Source of the DNA: an uncultured Acidobacteriota bacterium
GTDB taxonomy: Bacteria > Acidobacteriota > Thermoanaerobaculia > Gp7-AA8
Assembly (NCBI GenBank): GCA_963822445.1
Contig: CAWGHO010000001.1
Location: forward strand, 352,001 to 416,000
Direction of reading: 5' to 3'
DNA: 64,000 bases
The notes below the pieces were generated by a model that was not told the origin of the DNA, made no database searches, and was given only the letters and a program-made list of their open reading frames with translations. The translations under genes and the position numbers were made by a program. How positions within the stretch are numbered: the first letter of the stretch is position 1; every line of letters begins with the position of its first letter. This document shows positions 22,553 to 35,305 of the stretch, piece after piece.

Positions 22553-23722
22553 TTGCGCGCCGCCTTATTCGTCCTCCTCCTCGCGCCCACCGCCCTCGCT
22601 CAATCCTCGTTCGACCTTCAGGGCTACGTCGCCGCGCGAGGCATCAACGCCAGCGGACCGACCTCCTGGCTTGACGGCGGAATCGGACGGCTGGAGTCGT
22701 CCGGGGGGAATCGCGATGAATTCGACGCCGTCGCCCAGCTCGGCTTCGACTGGACGCCTTCCCGCTACTTCGATCTGCACGCGAGCGGGGTCGCGCGCGA
22801 AGAGGGCTCGGGCCTCATCGAAGCCTACGCGGACGCGCGGCTCATCTTCGGCCTCGACGAAGTCCAGCTTCGTGCCGGCCAGTTCTTCCTCCCCACTTCG
22901 CGCGAGAACAAAGACGCGCTCTGGGCCTCGCCGTACTCGATCAGCTTCTCCGCGCTGAACACCTGGATCGCGCAGGAAGTCCGTCCCGTCGGTGTCGATC
23001 TGGAATGGCGGCACACACTGCAGCGCGGCCACATCCTCACTACCGCCCTCACCGCCTTCCGCGGCAACGACTCCATGGGCGCCCTCCTCGGATGGCGAGG
23101 CTGGACGATCGGCAATCGCCTTTCGTCGTACGACGAGCTCCTGCCTCTGCCACAGCTCAGCCCCTTTTTCGCCGACCAGCGCGACGACGGCACGAAGCCA
23201 TTCGGTCGCGATCTCGACGGCAAAACCGGCTACTCCGGGCGCGTCCGCTACTCCGTCCCGCAAAAGGGAAACGTCCAGTACGCGTACGTCGACAACCGCG
23301 GCGATCGCGAGCTTCATCGCGGCGAGTACGCGTGGGCCACCGACTTTCATCTGATCAGCGGCGAGATCGGCGAACCGGACAACCTGATCGTCGCGGCAGA
23401 GCTCATGCGCGGCTCGACGGGGATGGGATTCGCCCCCGCATTCGTGCAAGGCGATTTCTACGCCGCGTACGCGCTGATCTCGCACGAGCGCGGCCGCAAC
23501 CGATGGACGGCGCGGTACGACCTCTTCGGCGTCGACGAGAAAGATTTCTCGCTGGCCGGCACGAACGACGAGACCGGCCGGTCGTGGACGCTGGCCTGGC
23601 TGTACGACATCACCCCGTCGATCCGCGGCGGCGCGGAATTCACGCAGATCACGGGGAAGAACTTCGCCGGTCAGGGAACGAACGGCCGCACGGTGACCGT
23701 GGAAGCGCGCTACGCGTTCTGA
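22553..23722 (+). CDS. Probable outer-membrane beta-barrel protein
   Basis: Signal peptide (ALA-Q), amphipathic strands, C-terminal TVEARYAF beta-signal. Confidence 0.7.
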   Translation: MRAALFVLLLAPTALAQSSFDLQGYVAARGINASGPTSWLDGGIGRLESSGGNRDEFDAVAQLGFDWTPSRYFDLHASGVAREEGSGLIEAYADARLIFGLDEVQLRAGQFFLPTSRENKDALWASPYSISFSALNTWIAQEVRPVGVDLEWRHTLQRGHILTTALTAFRGNDSMGALLGWRGWTIGNRLSSYDELLPLPQLSPFFADQRDDGTKPFGRDLDGKTGYSGRVRYSVPQKGNVQYAYVDNRGDRELHRGEYAWATDFHLISGEIGEPDNLIVAAELMRGSTGMGFAPAFVQGDFYAAYALISHERGRNRWTARYDLFGVDEKDFSLAGTNDETGRSWTLAWLYDITPSIRGGAEFTQITGKNFAGQGTNGRTVTVEARYAF

Positions 23723-24603
23723 ACGACCACGCGCCCCTTCCCCAGCGCCTTCCCTCGATACATGGCCTCGTCCGCGCTGCGCAGGAACTCCTCCGCGCTG
23801 GACAGCGGCTCGCGATACATCGCGATTCCCACCGTCGCGCCGAAGCCGATGTCTCCGTACACCGACGCCACGTCCCGAATTCGCTCGACGAGCGTGTCGG
23901 CCACCCGGCGGGCCTCGAGCTCGCCAGCGTCGCGGCAGAGCAGGACCGCGAATTCGTCGCCGCCGATGCGCGCAACCACGTCCTCTTCGTTCACCGACTC
24001 ACGGAGAACGCGCGCGACTTCCATGAGGATGTCGTCGCCCGCGGCGTGCCCCAGCCGGTCGTTGAAGGCCTTGAAGTTGTCGAGATCGATGTAGAGGATC
24101 GCCAGCGGATGCCCCTTCTTCAGCTCCGACTCAGCGTGCTCGAGGAACGCCCGGGAGTTGGCCAGACCGGTGTTAGCGTCCGTTCGCGCGAGAATCGCCT
24201 CCCGCACCGCGAGTTGCCGGAGCTTCTCGCGATCGCCGCGCAGAATGGCGATGAAGACGCCTTCCGAAACGAAGATCACGAAACGGGTGAAGGCGTTCCA
24301 CAGCGAAATGGCCACCGCGGTGCCGTCCACTCTCCCGACGAGATCGGCCGCGAGCCAGGACGCACCGGCCAGGGTCGCCACCACCACTGCCGGCCCGACG
24401 CCGCCGTACCACGCGCTGAGCGCGATCGGCACGAGGTAGAACAGCGACAGGCCGATCTCGCGCGGGGTGACCTGATCGAGCCAGCCGATGAGCAGCACGA
24501 TCGCGAGTGACGCCGAGGTCACGAAGAGACGCTTTGTGTTATCGGGCACGTCCGGAAGTCTCAGTCCATCCAATGTCTGTGCCCGCTGGTACGGGCGGCG
24601 CAT
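23710..24603 (-). CDS. Membrane-bound diguanylate cyclase (GGDEF); start uncertain
   Basis: Several TM helices, DLDNFKAFNDRLGHAAGD, RIGGDEF, ADEAMYRGK. Confidence 0.9.
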   Translation of the reverse strand: MRRPYQRAQTLDGLRLPDVPDNTKRLFVTSASLAIVLLIGWLDQVTPREIGLSLFYLVPIALSAWYGGVGPAVVVATLAGASWLAADLVGRVDGTAVAISLWNAFTRFVIFVSEGVFIAILRGDREKLRQLAVREAILARTDANTGLANSRAFLEHAESELKKGHPLAILYIDLDNFKAFNDRLGHAAGDDILMEVARVLRESVNEEDVVARIGGDEFAVLLCRDAGELEARRVADTLVERIRDVASVYGDIGFGATVGIAMYREPLSSAEEFLRSADEAMYRGKALGKGRVVVQNA

Positions 24604-24616
24604 GGATGCGCTCCCA

Positions 24617-26269
24617 ATGCGCGTGTTTCCGATCGTCGTGCTCGCCTTGATGTGCGCAGGAGACCCGCCCGCCCAGGTCCCTCGACAGGCTCGGGATGAC
24701 AGGGCCGCCGACTTCGATCTGATCATCCGCGGCGGCGAGGTTCTCGATGGCCTCGGCGCACCGCGAACACGCGCGGACGTCGGCATCCGCGGCGACAACA
24801 TCGCGCACGTCGGCGACCTCTCGAAATCGACCGCTTCAACGACCATCGACGCGACCGGCAAGGTCGTCACGCCCGGCTTCATCGACCTCCTCGGCAACTC
24901 CCAGGCCGCGGTGCTGATCGACCCGAAGCTCGAAGGGAAGATCCGTCAGGGCGTGACGACCGAGGTGACTGGCGAAGGTTTTTCGCCCGGCCCGCTCGAC
25001 GAGGAGATGGCCGCGGAGATGGAGCGCACGAAACCCGCCGGATGGCCGAGAGTCACCTGGCGAACCCTCGGCGAATTCATGAAAGTCGTCGAGTCGCGCG
25101 GCTCCGCGCTCAACTTCGCGTTCTTCATCGGCGCCCGCAATCCCCGCGAAATGGTGCTCGGTCACGCCGAGCGCGCGCCGACCGCGGCCGAACAGAAGGA
25201 AATGAATCGCCTCGTGCAGCAGGCGGTCGAAGAAGGAGCAGTCGGTTTAGCCAGCGCGTTGATTTATCCGCCGGGACGATTCGCGACGACCGCGGAGCTG
25301 ACGGCGATGGCGCGCGTCGCCGGGTCGTACTGGACGCATCTCCGCAACGAGGCCGATCGCATCGAGCCGGCGATCGACGAGGCGATCAAGATCGGCCGCG
25401 ACGCGAACGTGCCGGTCGACATCTTCCACCTGAAGATCGGCGGCGAGCAGAACCGGGGCCGAATGCCGCACATCGTGAAGAAGATCGAGGCCGCGCGCGC
25501 GAGCGGTCTCGACATCGCGTCGAATGTCTACCCCTTCACCGCGACGTCGACTGATCTCATCTCGATCGTTCCGGCCTGGGCGCTCGAAGGCGGTTACCTG
25601 AAGTTCGTCGATCGGTTAAAGGACCCGGCGACGCGGACCAAGATCGCCGGCGAGTTGCGCGAGGGGCGTCTGCGCGGCAACGGCGCATCGAGCATCGCCG
25701 TACGCGCGGCGCAGACGCGCCGGCTCGATGAGATCGCGAAGTCGATGAATGTCGATGCGGCCGAGGCGGCGTTGCGGTTGTTCGAGCAGAGCGCGAAGTC
25801 GCCGATCGCCATCTTCTTCTCCCTTAGCGAAGAGGACATGAAAGTCGCGCTGGTGCAGCCGTGGGTCGCGTTCGGATCGGACTCCGGCGCCGTCGTCGGC
25901 GAAATGCGCAACAGCGGCGCGCATCCGCGCGCGTATGCGACGTTTTCGAAAGTGCTGGCGCGCTACGTTCGCGAGCAGAAGCTGCTCACGCTGGAGGAAG
26001 CGGTGCGGAAGATGACTTCCCTCGCCGCGTCCCGCGCGCGCCTGAGCGATCGTGGCGTGCTGAAGGCCGGCATGAAGGCGGACGTGGTCGTCTTCGATCC
26101 GAAGACCGTTCGTGACGTCTCGACGTATGAGGATCCGCATCATTTCTCCGAGGGCGTGTCGCACGTGATCGTGAACGGGACGCTCGTGCTGAGGGACGGA
26201 ACGATAACCGGCGCGTTGCCGGGACGGATTCTGCGGCGCGTCAGCGGTACTGCAAAATCGCCGCGATGA
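24617..26269 (+). CDS. N-acyl-D-amino-acid deacylase family amidohydrolase
   Basis: VVTPGFID, GVTTEVTGE, HLRNE, HPRAYATF, ADVVVFDP. Confidence 0.88.
   Translation: MRVFPIVVLALMCAGDPPAQVPRQARDDRAADFDLIIRGGEVLDGLGAPRTRADVGIRGDNIAHVGDLSKSTASTTIDATGKVVTPGFIDLLGNSQAAVLIDPKLEGKIRQGVTTEVTGEGFSPGPLDEEMAAEMERTKPAGWPRVTWRTLGEFMKVVESRGSALNFAFFIGARNPREMVLGHAERAPTAAEQKEMNRLVQQAVEEGAVGLASALIYPPGRFATTAELTAMARVAGSYWTHLRNEADRIEPAIDEAIKIGRDANVPVDIFHLKIGGEQNRGRMPHIVKKIEAARASGLDIASNVYPFTATSTDLISIVPAWALEGGYLKFVDRLKDPATRTKIAGELREGRLRGNGASSIAVRAAQTRRLDEIAKSMNVDAAEAALRLFEQSAKSPIAIFFSLSEEDMKVALVQPWVAFGSDSGAVVGEMRNSGAHPRAYATFSKVLARYVREQKLLTLEEAVRKMTSLAASRARLSDRGVLKAGMKADVVVFDPKTVRDVSTYEDPHHFSEGVSHVIVNGTLVLRDGTITGALPGRILRRVSGTAKSPR
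24670..24701. repeat. Half copy of the TGTCATCCCGAGC REP element within the deacylase 5' region
   Basis: cgcccaggtccctcgacaggctcgggatgaca closely matches the 22497-22530 arm. Confidence 0.8.
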
Positions 26270-27052
26270 GCGCGCCGGAAAGCAGCAGCACCGACATCAC
26301 CCACACGCCGATCCAGAGCAGCACCGTCTTGGCGATGGCCTTGCCGCGCGTCTGACCGTAGAACCGGCGCTGCGCGAAGTACAGGTAGACCATGTGCACG
26401 AGCACGCCGATTACTCCGACCGTTTTCTGCAGCGGTCCTGGCGAAAACCCGGCCATCGCGTAGATCGGCCAGACCAGAACCAGTCCGAACAGATACGTGA
26501 ACGAGAGGTAATGCGCCGAGAACACGAGGTGCTCGACGAAGTAGCGTTTGCGTCTCCTGTAGAGCAGTTTGAGCACGACGGCCATGCCGACGACGTTCAC
26601 GAGCTGCAGCATCGACAGGTTCTTCTGCCAGCGATGGTTGATGCGCTCCGCGTGCTGCTCGAGGGGCATCTTGTACTTCGCGGCCTTCTTCTCGATCAGC
26701 CGCTGGACGTTGCCGCTCTTGTCGAACTTCATGAAATTCAGGACGTCGTACATCGCCGCAGGTTTGTAGGCGGTGAAAGCGATGAACTGGATGGCGAAGA
26801 GCGTCAGGAACAGCCGGATCGGCGAGATGTAGCGTTTCTTGCGGCCGGCGAAATATTCGGCGGTGAGAAATCCCGGCCGCACGACGAGCAGCTTCAGCGT
26901 CTGAAAGAGCTTCGAATCGAGATGAAAGAGCTCGTGGAAGAGATCGTGGGTGAAGTGGCCGACGGTCAGATCGTGATGGCTGGGCTGCTTCTCGCCGCAG
27001 CGGGCGCAGAAGACCTCGACGTTTTCCGCGCCGCAATTCGTGCAGATCTCGT

Positions 27053-27056
<4 letters not shown>
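26241..27056 (-). CDS. DUF3667-like membrane protein with N-terminal zinc ribbon
   Basis: CTNCG...FCARCGEK, RPGFLTAEYFAGRKKRYISPIRLF, YFVEHLVFSAH. Confidence 0.85.
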
Positions 27057-28949
<1,893 letters not shown>

Positions 28950-28962
28950 GCCGGATGATTTT

Positions 28963-29043
28963 AAGGCGCAAAGGCTCAAAGGCTCAGAGGCTCAAGAAAA
29001 AGGCAGAACCTTTGAGCCTTTGCGCCGTTGAGCCTTTGCGCCT
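28963..29043. repeat. Inverted tandem-octamer element (AAAGGCKC / GMGCCTTT)
   Basis: aaggcgca aaggctca aaggctca gaggctca, spacer, tgagcctt tgcgccgt tgagcctt tgcgcct. Confidence 0.92.
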
Positions 29044-29965
29044 ACCGAGCGCGGCTGCGGGACGTCGACTTCGCCACCGCCTCGCGCGGCGCACTCTTCG
29101 GCGCCTTCCGCTCCTGCTTCGACTTGATCGGAAGCTTCGTCACGGCGGACTTCGCCGACGGTGCGGCGGCTTTCGCCGCGGGTTTCGACGAGGTCTTCGG
29201 CGATCCGAGGCTCTTGCGGAGGGCTTCCATCAGGTCGATGACCTGCGCTTTGGGCTCGTCGAGGAGAGCGCTGGTGATCTCCTCCCCTTCCACCTTGCGC
29301 TGGATGAGGGCGCGCATGCGCTCCTGCACTTCGTCGCGGTAGTTCTCGGGATGGAAGGCATCGCTCGCGCTCATCTCGGCGAGCTGGATGGCCATCTTCA
29401 GCTCGCTGTCCTTCACTTCCGCATCGCCCAGATCGATGTCGTCCAGCGAGCGGAGCTCGTTGGGGTAGTAGAGCTGCTGCATGACCAGCCCCTTGCCGAG
29501 CGGGCGGATGATCACCAGGTAGCCCTTGCCGCGGGCTGCGTACTTGGCGATGGCCCAGCGGCCGGTCTCCTGCAACGCGCGCGACAGCAGCGCGTACGCG
29601 CGGGCGCCCTGCTTGTCCGGGCCGAGGTAGTAGGGCTTGGCGAAGTAGATCGGGTCGATCAGATCGGACTTCACGAACTCGGTGATGTCGATCTGCTGCG
29701 TCGACTTCTCCTCGAGCTGCTTGATCTCCTCGTCCTCGAACAGCACGTACTGGCCTTTGGAGAACTCGTAGCCCTTGACCACTTCCGTGCGGTCGATGGT
29801 GCGCTCGTCCTTGGGACAGAAGAGCTGCTGCTGGATGCGGCTTCCGCAGTCCTTGTGCAGCATGTTGAAGGAGATCTTCTCGGACGACTCGGCGGCGGAG
29901 AAGAGTTTGATCGGGATCGAAACGAGCCCGAAGGCAATCTGTCCAGTAGCTATCGCACGCGGCAT
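29042..29965 (-). CDS. ku: Non-homologous end-joining protein Ku
   Basis: GQIAFGLVSIPIKL, VKGYE, IDPIYFAKPYYL, VIDLMEALRKSL, basic tail. Confidence 0.96.
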   Translation of the reverse strand: MPRAIATGQIAFGLVSIPIKLFSAAESSEKISFNMLHKDCGSRIQQQLFCPKDERTIDRTEVVKGYEFSKGQYVLFEDEEIKQLEEKSTQQIDITEFVKSDLIDPIYFAKPYYLGPDKQGARAYALLSRALQETGRWAIAKYAARGKGYLVIIRPLGKGLVMQQLYYPNELRSLDDIDLGDAEVKDSELKMAIQLAEMSASDAFHPENYRDEVQERMRALIQRKVEGEEITSALLDEPKAQVIDLMEALRKSLGSPKTSSKPAAKAAAPSAKSAVTKLPIKSKQERKAPKSAPREAVAKSTSRSRAR

Positions 29966-30064
29966 GGAGACCCTCTCGATTTACTTGAGATCCAACCGGG
30001 AAATGGAAACCGATAATCCGAGGCGAAGTGCCCAAAAGCCTGTGCATCTTACAATGCGTCGCCG

Positions 30065-30424
30065 GTGAATCGCTACGAGCTGATCTGGTCGGTAGTCCGG
30101 AAGATCCCCCGCGGTCGCGTCGCGACGTACGGCCAGATCGCCGAGCTCGCCGGCCTCGAAGGCCACGCCCGCCAGGTCGGCTACGCCCTCCACAACCTGC
30201 CCGAGCGCAGCAACGTCCCCTGGCACCGCGTCATCAATTCGCGCGGCGAAGTCTCGCCGCGCTCCAGCGGTGATTCGCACGAGCTGCAACGGCATCTGCT
30301 CGAAGCCGAAGGCGTGGAGCTCGATTTGCGAGGGAGGGTGGACTTGGGGCGGTTCGCGTGGAGAGGCTCAAAGGCTCAAAGGCTCAAAGGCGCAAAGAAG
30401 GCGTCTGGCGGCACACCCCTGTGA
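30065..30424 (+). CDS. Alkyltransferase-like protein (Atl/YbaZ, MGMT family)
   Basis: IPRGRVATYGQIA, ARQVG, PWHRVIN (Trp in place of the catalytic Cys). Confidence 0.9.
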   Translation: MNRYELIWSVVRKIPRGRVATYGQIAELAGLEGHARQVGYALHNLPERSNVPWHRVINSRGEVSPRSSGDSHELQRHLLEAEGVELDLRGRVDLGRFAWRGSKAQRLKGAKKASGGTPL

Positions 30425-30485
30425 GCCTCTGAGCCTCTGAGCCTCTGAGCCTCTGAGCCTCTGAGCCTTTGCGCCTTTGAGCCTT
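30362..30485. repeat. Inverted tandem-octamer element (ARAGGCTC / GAGCCTYT)
   Basis: About 4 left units; right arm gagcctct x5 gagccttt gcgccttt gagcctt. Confidence 0.93.
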
Positions 30486-30489
30486 CCGC

Positions 30490-31854
30490 CTACTTCCGCA
30501 CCGCCCTCCTCCTCTGCATGAACTGCCCCGCGAGAATCTGGCCGCCCTGCACCTCGTCCGGCTGTCCACCGTAATGCGCTTGCGAGGTGAAGAGGATCCA
30601 TCCCGGGCCGAGGATCTCGGCGGCGTCGATGATGCCCGATGACTCTTCGTTGATGGTCATGCTTCCTCCTTCGCCGAAACGGGCCGGATCGTGGGTGGCG
30701 ATCGGTCTCGGGTCTTCGCCGGTGACGAGGTCGTAGCGCCAGATCTGCCCGAGGCGCGGATTCGGACCGGGGTCTTCCTGGACGTAGAGAATGCCGTGCG
30801 CGGTGATGGCGATGTTGTCCATCCCCCGCGGTCCGGCGCTGTCGTCGAAGATCATCGACACCTGTCCTCCGGCGGTCACGTCGTCGATGTCGTCGAAACG
30901 AAGGCGCCACAGACGCGAGGTGGTGGTGACGCCGGTCGTCGCGAAGTAGAAGTCGCGTGGTCTCGACGGATCCCAGGCGCCATCTTCCGGGCGCTGCCAC
31001 GCGGTGATGCCGGCCGCGTTGCTGTCGTTTTCCAGCCTGGGGCCGTCGGCGTTCGAGACGTCGCCGAGATCGGCGAGCTCGAATCGCGCGGACACGATCC
31101 CGCTGTTCGTTTCCCGCGGAAAGTCCAAGACCTTCACGCCATACAGGCGGCCGTTGTTCAGGCCCGCGCGATCGGCAGGAGTCCCGGTGTTCGTTTTTGT
31201 CCCGACATAGACGTAGACCTGACCGGTGTGGTCATCGTCGAGGCCGGTCACCACGGTCTTGGTTCCGGTCGCGTAGTGCGGCACCTGGTTTTCCCAGGAG
31301 GCGCGGCCGAGGCGGGGAAGCTCGTAGGTCGTGCCGTCGAGGGTGTGTGCAAACGCGCGGCCGGAAGCCGGCACTTCCTCGCCGTTCAGAAACAGACGAT
31401 CCGGATATCCCGTGTTTGTCTCCGCATCGTGAAAAGCGCTCACCTCTCCCAGCGTCGCGGAGCACAGCCGGTGGAAGGCATGCGCCCGATCGTGCTCGTA
31501 CGATCGCGAAGCCGGAAGCCAGCGATAGACGGTGTGCACCAGGTCACCGCCTTCCAGGACAGCGAGGTCGCTCTTGCGGATCCGCCACTTCGAGATCGTC
31601 GCTCCGATTCCGCCGTGCCGGCGCTGCACGTTGACCGTCCGCGGAATCTCATGGTTGACCAGCAGCGTGAATGTGCCGTCGCCGTTGTCCCAGGCGCCCA
31701 GTCCGTCGGGAGTCGCGGACATCCGGTATCCGCCCACCTGGTCACCGGTCGTGAGGATGGAGATGGTGCGCAGATTGGGCTCGAGGGGAAGAACGTACGG
31801 GGGGTGGGAGGAACTCGGGCCGGTGAGCGCGGCCGCGAGGATCAGGGCGAGCAT
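30490..31854 (-). CDS. Secreted PhoX/DUF839-like beta-propeller protein
   Basis: PDGLGA, LVNHE, RLCSA, LNGEE, WEN, RPEDGAWD, DNI, QED, ESSGIID, QAH; ends RRRAVRK. Confidence 0.75.
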   Translation of the reverse strand: MLALILAAALTGPSSSHPPYVLPLEPNLRTISILTTGDQVGGYRMSATPDGLGAWDNGDGTFTLLVNHEIPRTVNVQRRHGGIGATISKWRIRKSDLAVLEGGDLVHTVYRWLPASRSYEHDRAHAFHRLCSATLGEVSAFHDAETNTGYPDRLFLNGEEVPASGRAFAHTLDGTTYELPRLGRASWENQVPHYATGTKTVVTGLDDDHTGQVYVYVGTKTNTGTPADRAGLNNGRLYGVKVLDFPRETNSGIVSARFELADLGDVSNADGPRLENDSNAAGITAWQRPEDGAWDPSRPRDFYFATTGVTTTSRLWRLRFDDIDDVTAGGQVSMIFDDSAGPRGMDNIAITAHGILYVQEDPGPNPRLGQIWRYDLVTGEDPRPIATHDPARFGEGGSMTINEESSGIIDAAEILGPGWILFTSQAHYGGQPDEVQGGQILAGQFMQRRRAVRK

Positions 31855-31888
31855 GCCGTTGTGACAAGCACGGGGAGTGCCGTGGGCG

Positions 31889-31977
31889 AAGTCGCAGAGT
31901 CGCAGAGTCTCAGAGTCTCAGAGAGGAAAGCGTTGAGATCCTCTTTGAGACTCTGCGACTTTGAGACTCTGCGACTC
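31889..31977. repeat. Inverted tandem-octamer element (AGAGTCKC / GMGACTCT)
   Basis: aagtcgca gagtcgca gagtctca gagtctca gag, spacer, tgagactc tgcgactt tgagactc tgcgactc. Confidence 0.92.
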
Positions 31978-31984
31978 CCGTTCT

Positions 31985-34900
31985 CTACCGCTCCACCGAA
32001 ACCGCCGGCGCCACCACCTTCTTCGGCGGGTTCTTCGCCAGCTCGTCCATCAGCAACTTCACCGCTGCTTCGAGCGACGGATCTTTGCCGGCGGCGACGA
32101 GGTCGGGGCGGTCCACCACTTCGATGTCCGGCGCAACGCCCACCCCTTCGACGGCCCACATCCCGTCCGTGTCCATGAAGCGGAACTGCGGCGCGGAGAC
32201 CGATCCGCCGTCCATCAGATTCGGATTGCCGGAGATGCCGATCAGGCCGCCCCAGGTGCGGGTGCCGATGATCGTGCCCAGCTGGCGCTTGCGGAAGTAG
32301 TACGGCAGCGCGTCGCCGCCCGAGGCCGAGTAGCCGTTGATCAGCATGACCTTCGGACCGATGTGCGCGTAGGCCGGCGTGGCCGAGGGCGGCTGGCCGC
32401 GGCGCGCCCAGTAATTCAGCACCGGACGATCGAGCATCTCGATCATGCGGTCGGGGATGAAGCCTCCGCCGTTGTAGCGGTCGTCGATGATCAGCGCGTC
32501 CTTGTCCACCTGCGGATAGAAGCCCTTCACCAATTCGCGATTGCCTTCCGCGCCGGTGTTTGGCAGATGGATGTAGCCGATGCGGCCGCCGGACATCTTT
32601 TCCACGTACGCGCGCCGCGACGCAACCCAGTCGAGATAGCGAAGGTTCGTCTCCTTCTTCACCGGCCGCACTTTTTCTTCACGCGCGCCGGACGTCTCCG
32701 GCTTCGAGTTCACCAGCAGCGTGACCACGCGATCGGCCTTGTTCTCGAGCAGGCGATAGAAGTTGTCGACGCCCTTCGTCGACGTGCCGTCGACGGCCAG
32801 GATGTAATCGCCCTGGCGGACCTTCACCCCCGGCTCGGTGAGCGGCGAGCGGAACCCCTCATGCCAGTTCTCGCCGGGATAGATGTGCTGAATGCGGAAG
32901 TAGCCCGCATCGGCGACGATGTTCGCGCCGAGGAGTCCGTTGTCGACGCGGTCCTGGTTGAGGTCCGAGGGCGAGCCGACGTAGACGTGGCCGGCGTTCA
33001 TCTCGCCGGCGACTTCGCCGAGGATGTAGTCGAGGTCGGCGCGGTGCGCGATGAAGGGAACGAGCTGCCCGTACTTCGCGCGGATGGCGTTCCAGTCCAG
33101 GCCATGCATGCCCGGGTCGTAGAACCAGTCCCGCAGGATCCGCCAGGCGTCGTTGAACTCCTGCGCCCACTCCGCCTTCGGATCGACCTTCATCTCCATG
33201 TTGTCGAGCTTCAGCATCGCGTCCGCGGCTTTCTGACCGGGCTTCGCCACGACGATCGCGTAGTTGTTGCGACCCATCGACGCCAGGATCTTCTCGCCGT
33301 TCGAGGACAGCTCGTAGCCGCGCAGGCCATCGAGCACCGTCTCTTCCTTCCGGTCCTCGATGTTGTAGAGCTTGAGCGAGCGCTCGTCGTCGCCTTTGAG
33401 ATAGAGCACGCCGTTGTTCACGGCGGAGAGCGTCGAATACGTCGCCCGCGCCGCCGGGAATCGCGCGAACGCGATTCTCGAAGCCCGCCGGATCGATCTT
33501 CACCACGACCGCCGTCGATTTCTTCTCGGGCGCTGCGGGTGCGGCGGCCGGTTTCTCTTCCGCGGCCGGAGCAGGCGGCGCGGCGGCCTTCTCTTCATCG
33601 CTCTGCGGCAGGAACAGCGCCGGTCCGTCCGCGGCCAGCACGCCGACGTAAACGCGCGTCGGATCGGTGTAGACGTAGTTGAACTCCCACGCGCTGAAGG
33701 TCAGGTTGAAGTCGCGATTGGACGTGAAGTAGAGGTAGCGGCCTTTCGGATCGAACACCGGCTCGCTGTCGTTGGTCGTGCCGCTGGTGAGCCGATGCGA
33801 CTTCCCGTCGGCGAGCGAGTGAACGTAAACCGCGGAGAAGCGCGCTTCGTTGAGCTTCGTGTACGTGAGCCACTTCGAGTCCGGCGACCAGCGGTAGTGA
33901 TTGATGTCGCCGTACTTGTCCTTGTCGACGTCGGTGATCCGGCCGCTGGCCACGTCGAGCACGCGCAGGGTCATGTCCTTGTCGGAGAAGGCCAGCATCT
34001 TCGAGTCGGGCGACCAGAGCGGCGAGAACTTCCAGGCCTTCCCGTCGCGCGTGATCTGCCGCTCCTCGCCCGTGCCGTCCGCATTGCGGACGTAGATCTC
34101 GTACTCGCCATTGCGATCGCTGAGATACGCGATCGACCGGCCGTCCGGCGACCAGACCGCGTCGCGCTCGCGGATTCCGGGCGTCTGGGTGAGATTGCGG
34201 ACCTCCCCTTCCTTCGCCGGCGCGCTGAAGATGTCGCCGCGCGCGACGAGGAGCGCACGCGCGCCGGTTGGCGACGGCGTGTACCACTCGATGTTCTCTT
34301 TCACGCTGCGGAAGTACGGGAGGGTGTTGCGGAAGTCGCCGTAGACGCGGATGGGGATGCGCTCGCTGCGATTGGTCGCGGAGTCGAGGCGGTAGATGTA
34401 CCCGCCGTTCTCGTACACGACCTGGGTTTTGTCGGCGCTCGGCCACAGCACGTCGTAATCGTTGTGAGTGGTGACTTTTTTCTGCTGCTTGGAGGCGAGG
34501 TCGTACGACCAGAGATTGAGACGACCGTCTTCACGATCCGAGGTGAAGTAGATCGTGTTGCCGACCCACACCGGCTGGTTATCGGTGTACTGGTTGTTCG
34601 TGAGCTGCTCGGCCTTGTTGGACGCGAGGTCGTAGATCCAGACGTCCTGCGCGCGTCCGCCGCGATAGCGCTTCCAGGTGCGGAACTCGCGCTCGATGGG
34701 CGTGTAAACGAGCTTCGTCCCGTCACCCGAATACGACCCCGCACTCCCCTCGGGAATGGCCAGCGGCTTCTCCATTCCCCCTTCGACGTTGATCACGTAA
34801 TGCGCGGGCATGCGGTCGGACCAGGGAAGGCGATGCGGGTTGAAAAGGATCTGCTTTCCATCCGGCGTCCAGTCGAGCACGCGGTTGTCGATGCCGCCGC

Positions 34901-35252
34901 GCGGCGGAAGCGCGCCGACGTCGTTGTAGAACGTCAGCTGCCGCGGCGTGCCGCCTTCCGCGCTGACCACGAAGACCTGCCGGCTGCCGGTGTAGTCGCC
35001 GGTGAAAGCGATCCAGCGACCGTCGGGCGAGAACTTCGGGAAGTACTCCATCCCTTCGCCGGAGGTGAGCCGTCTCGCGTCACCGCCGCGGCTCGACGCG
35101 AGCCAGATGTCGCCCGCGTAAACGAAGGCCACCGTGTCGCCGTGAATGTCGGGCTGGCGCAGGAGCCTGGTGAGCCGTTCCTGCGCGAATGCGGTCGTGC
35201 CCATGCCGAGGACAACGGCGAGCGCGAAGGTGATCGTGATCAGCTTTTTCAT
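31985..35252 (-). CDS. Tricorn-like S41 protease, one frameshift near 33440
   Basis: Signal peptide, PD40 propellers, WKRYRGG, PDZ region, IGYIHLP, DDRYNGGG, SASGGD, GTRTWGGLIG. Confidence 0.92.
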
Positions 35253-35305
35253 GGCGCGACTGTCTAACACGGCAGCCGCGCGGGGCGAAGTGGTTTACAA
35301 CTCTG

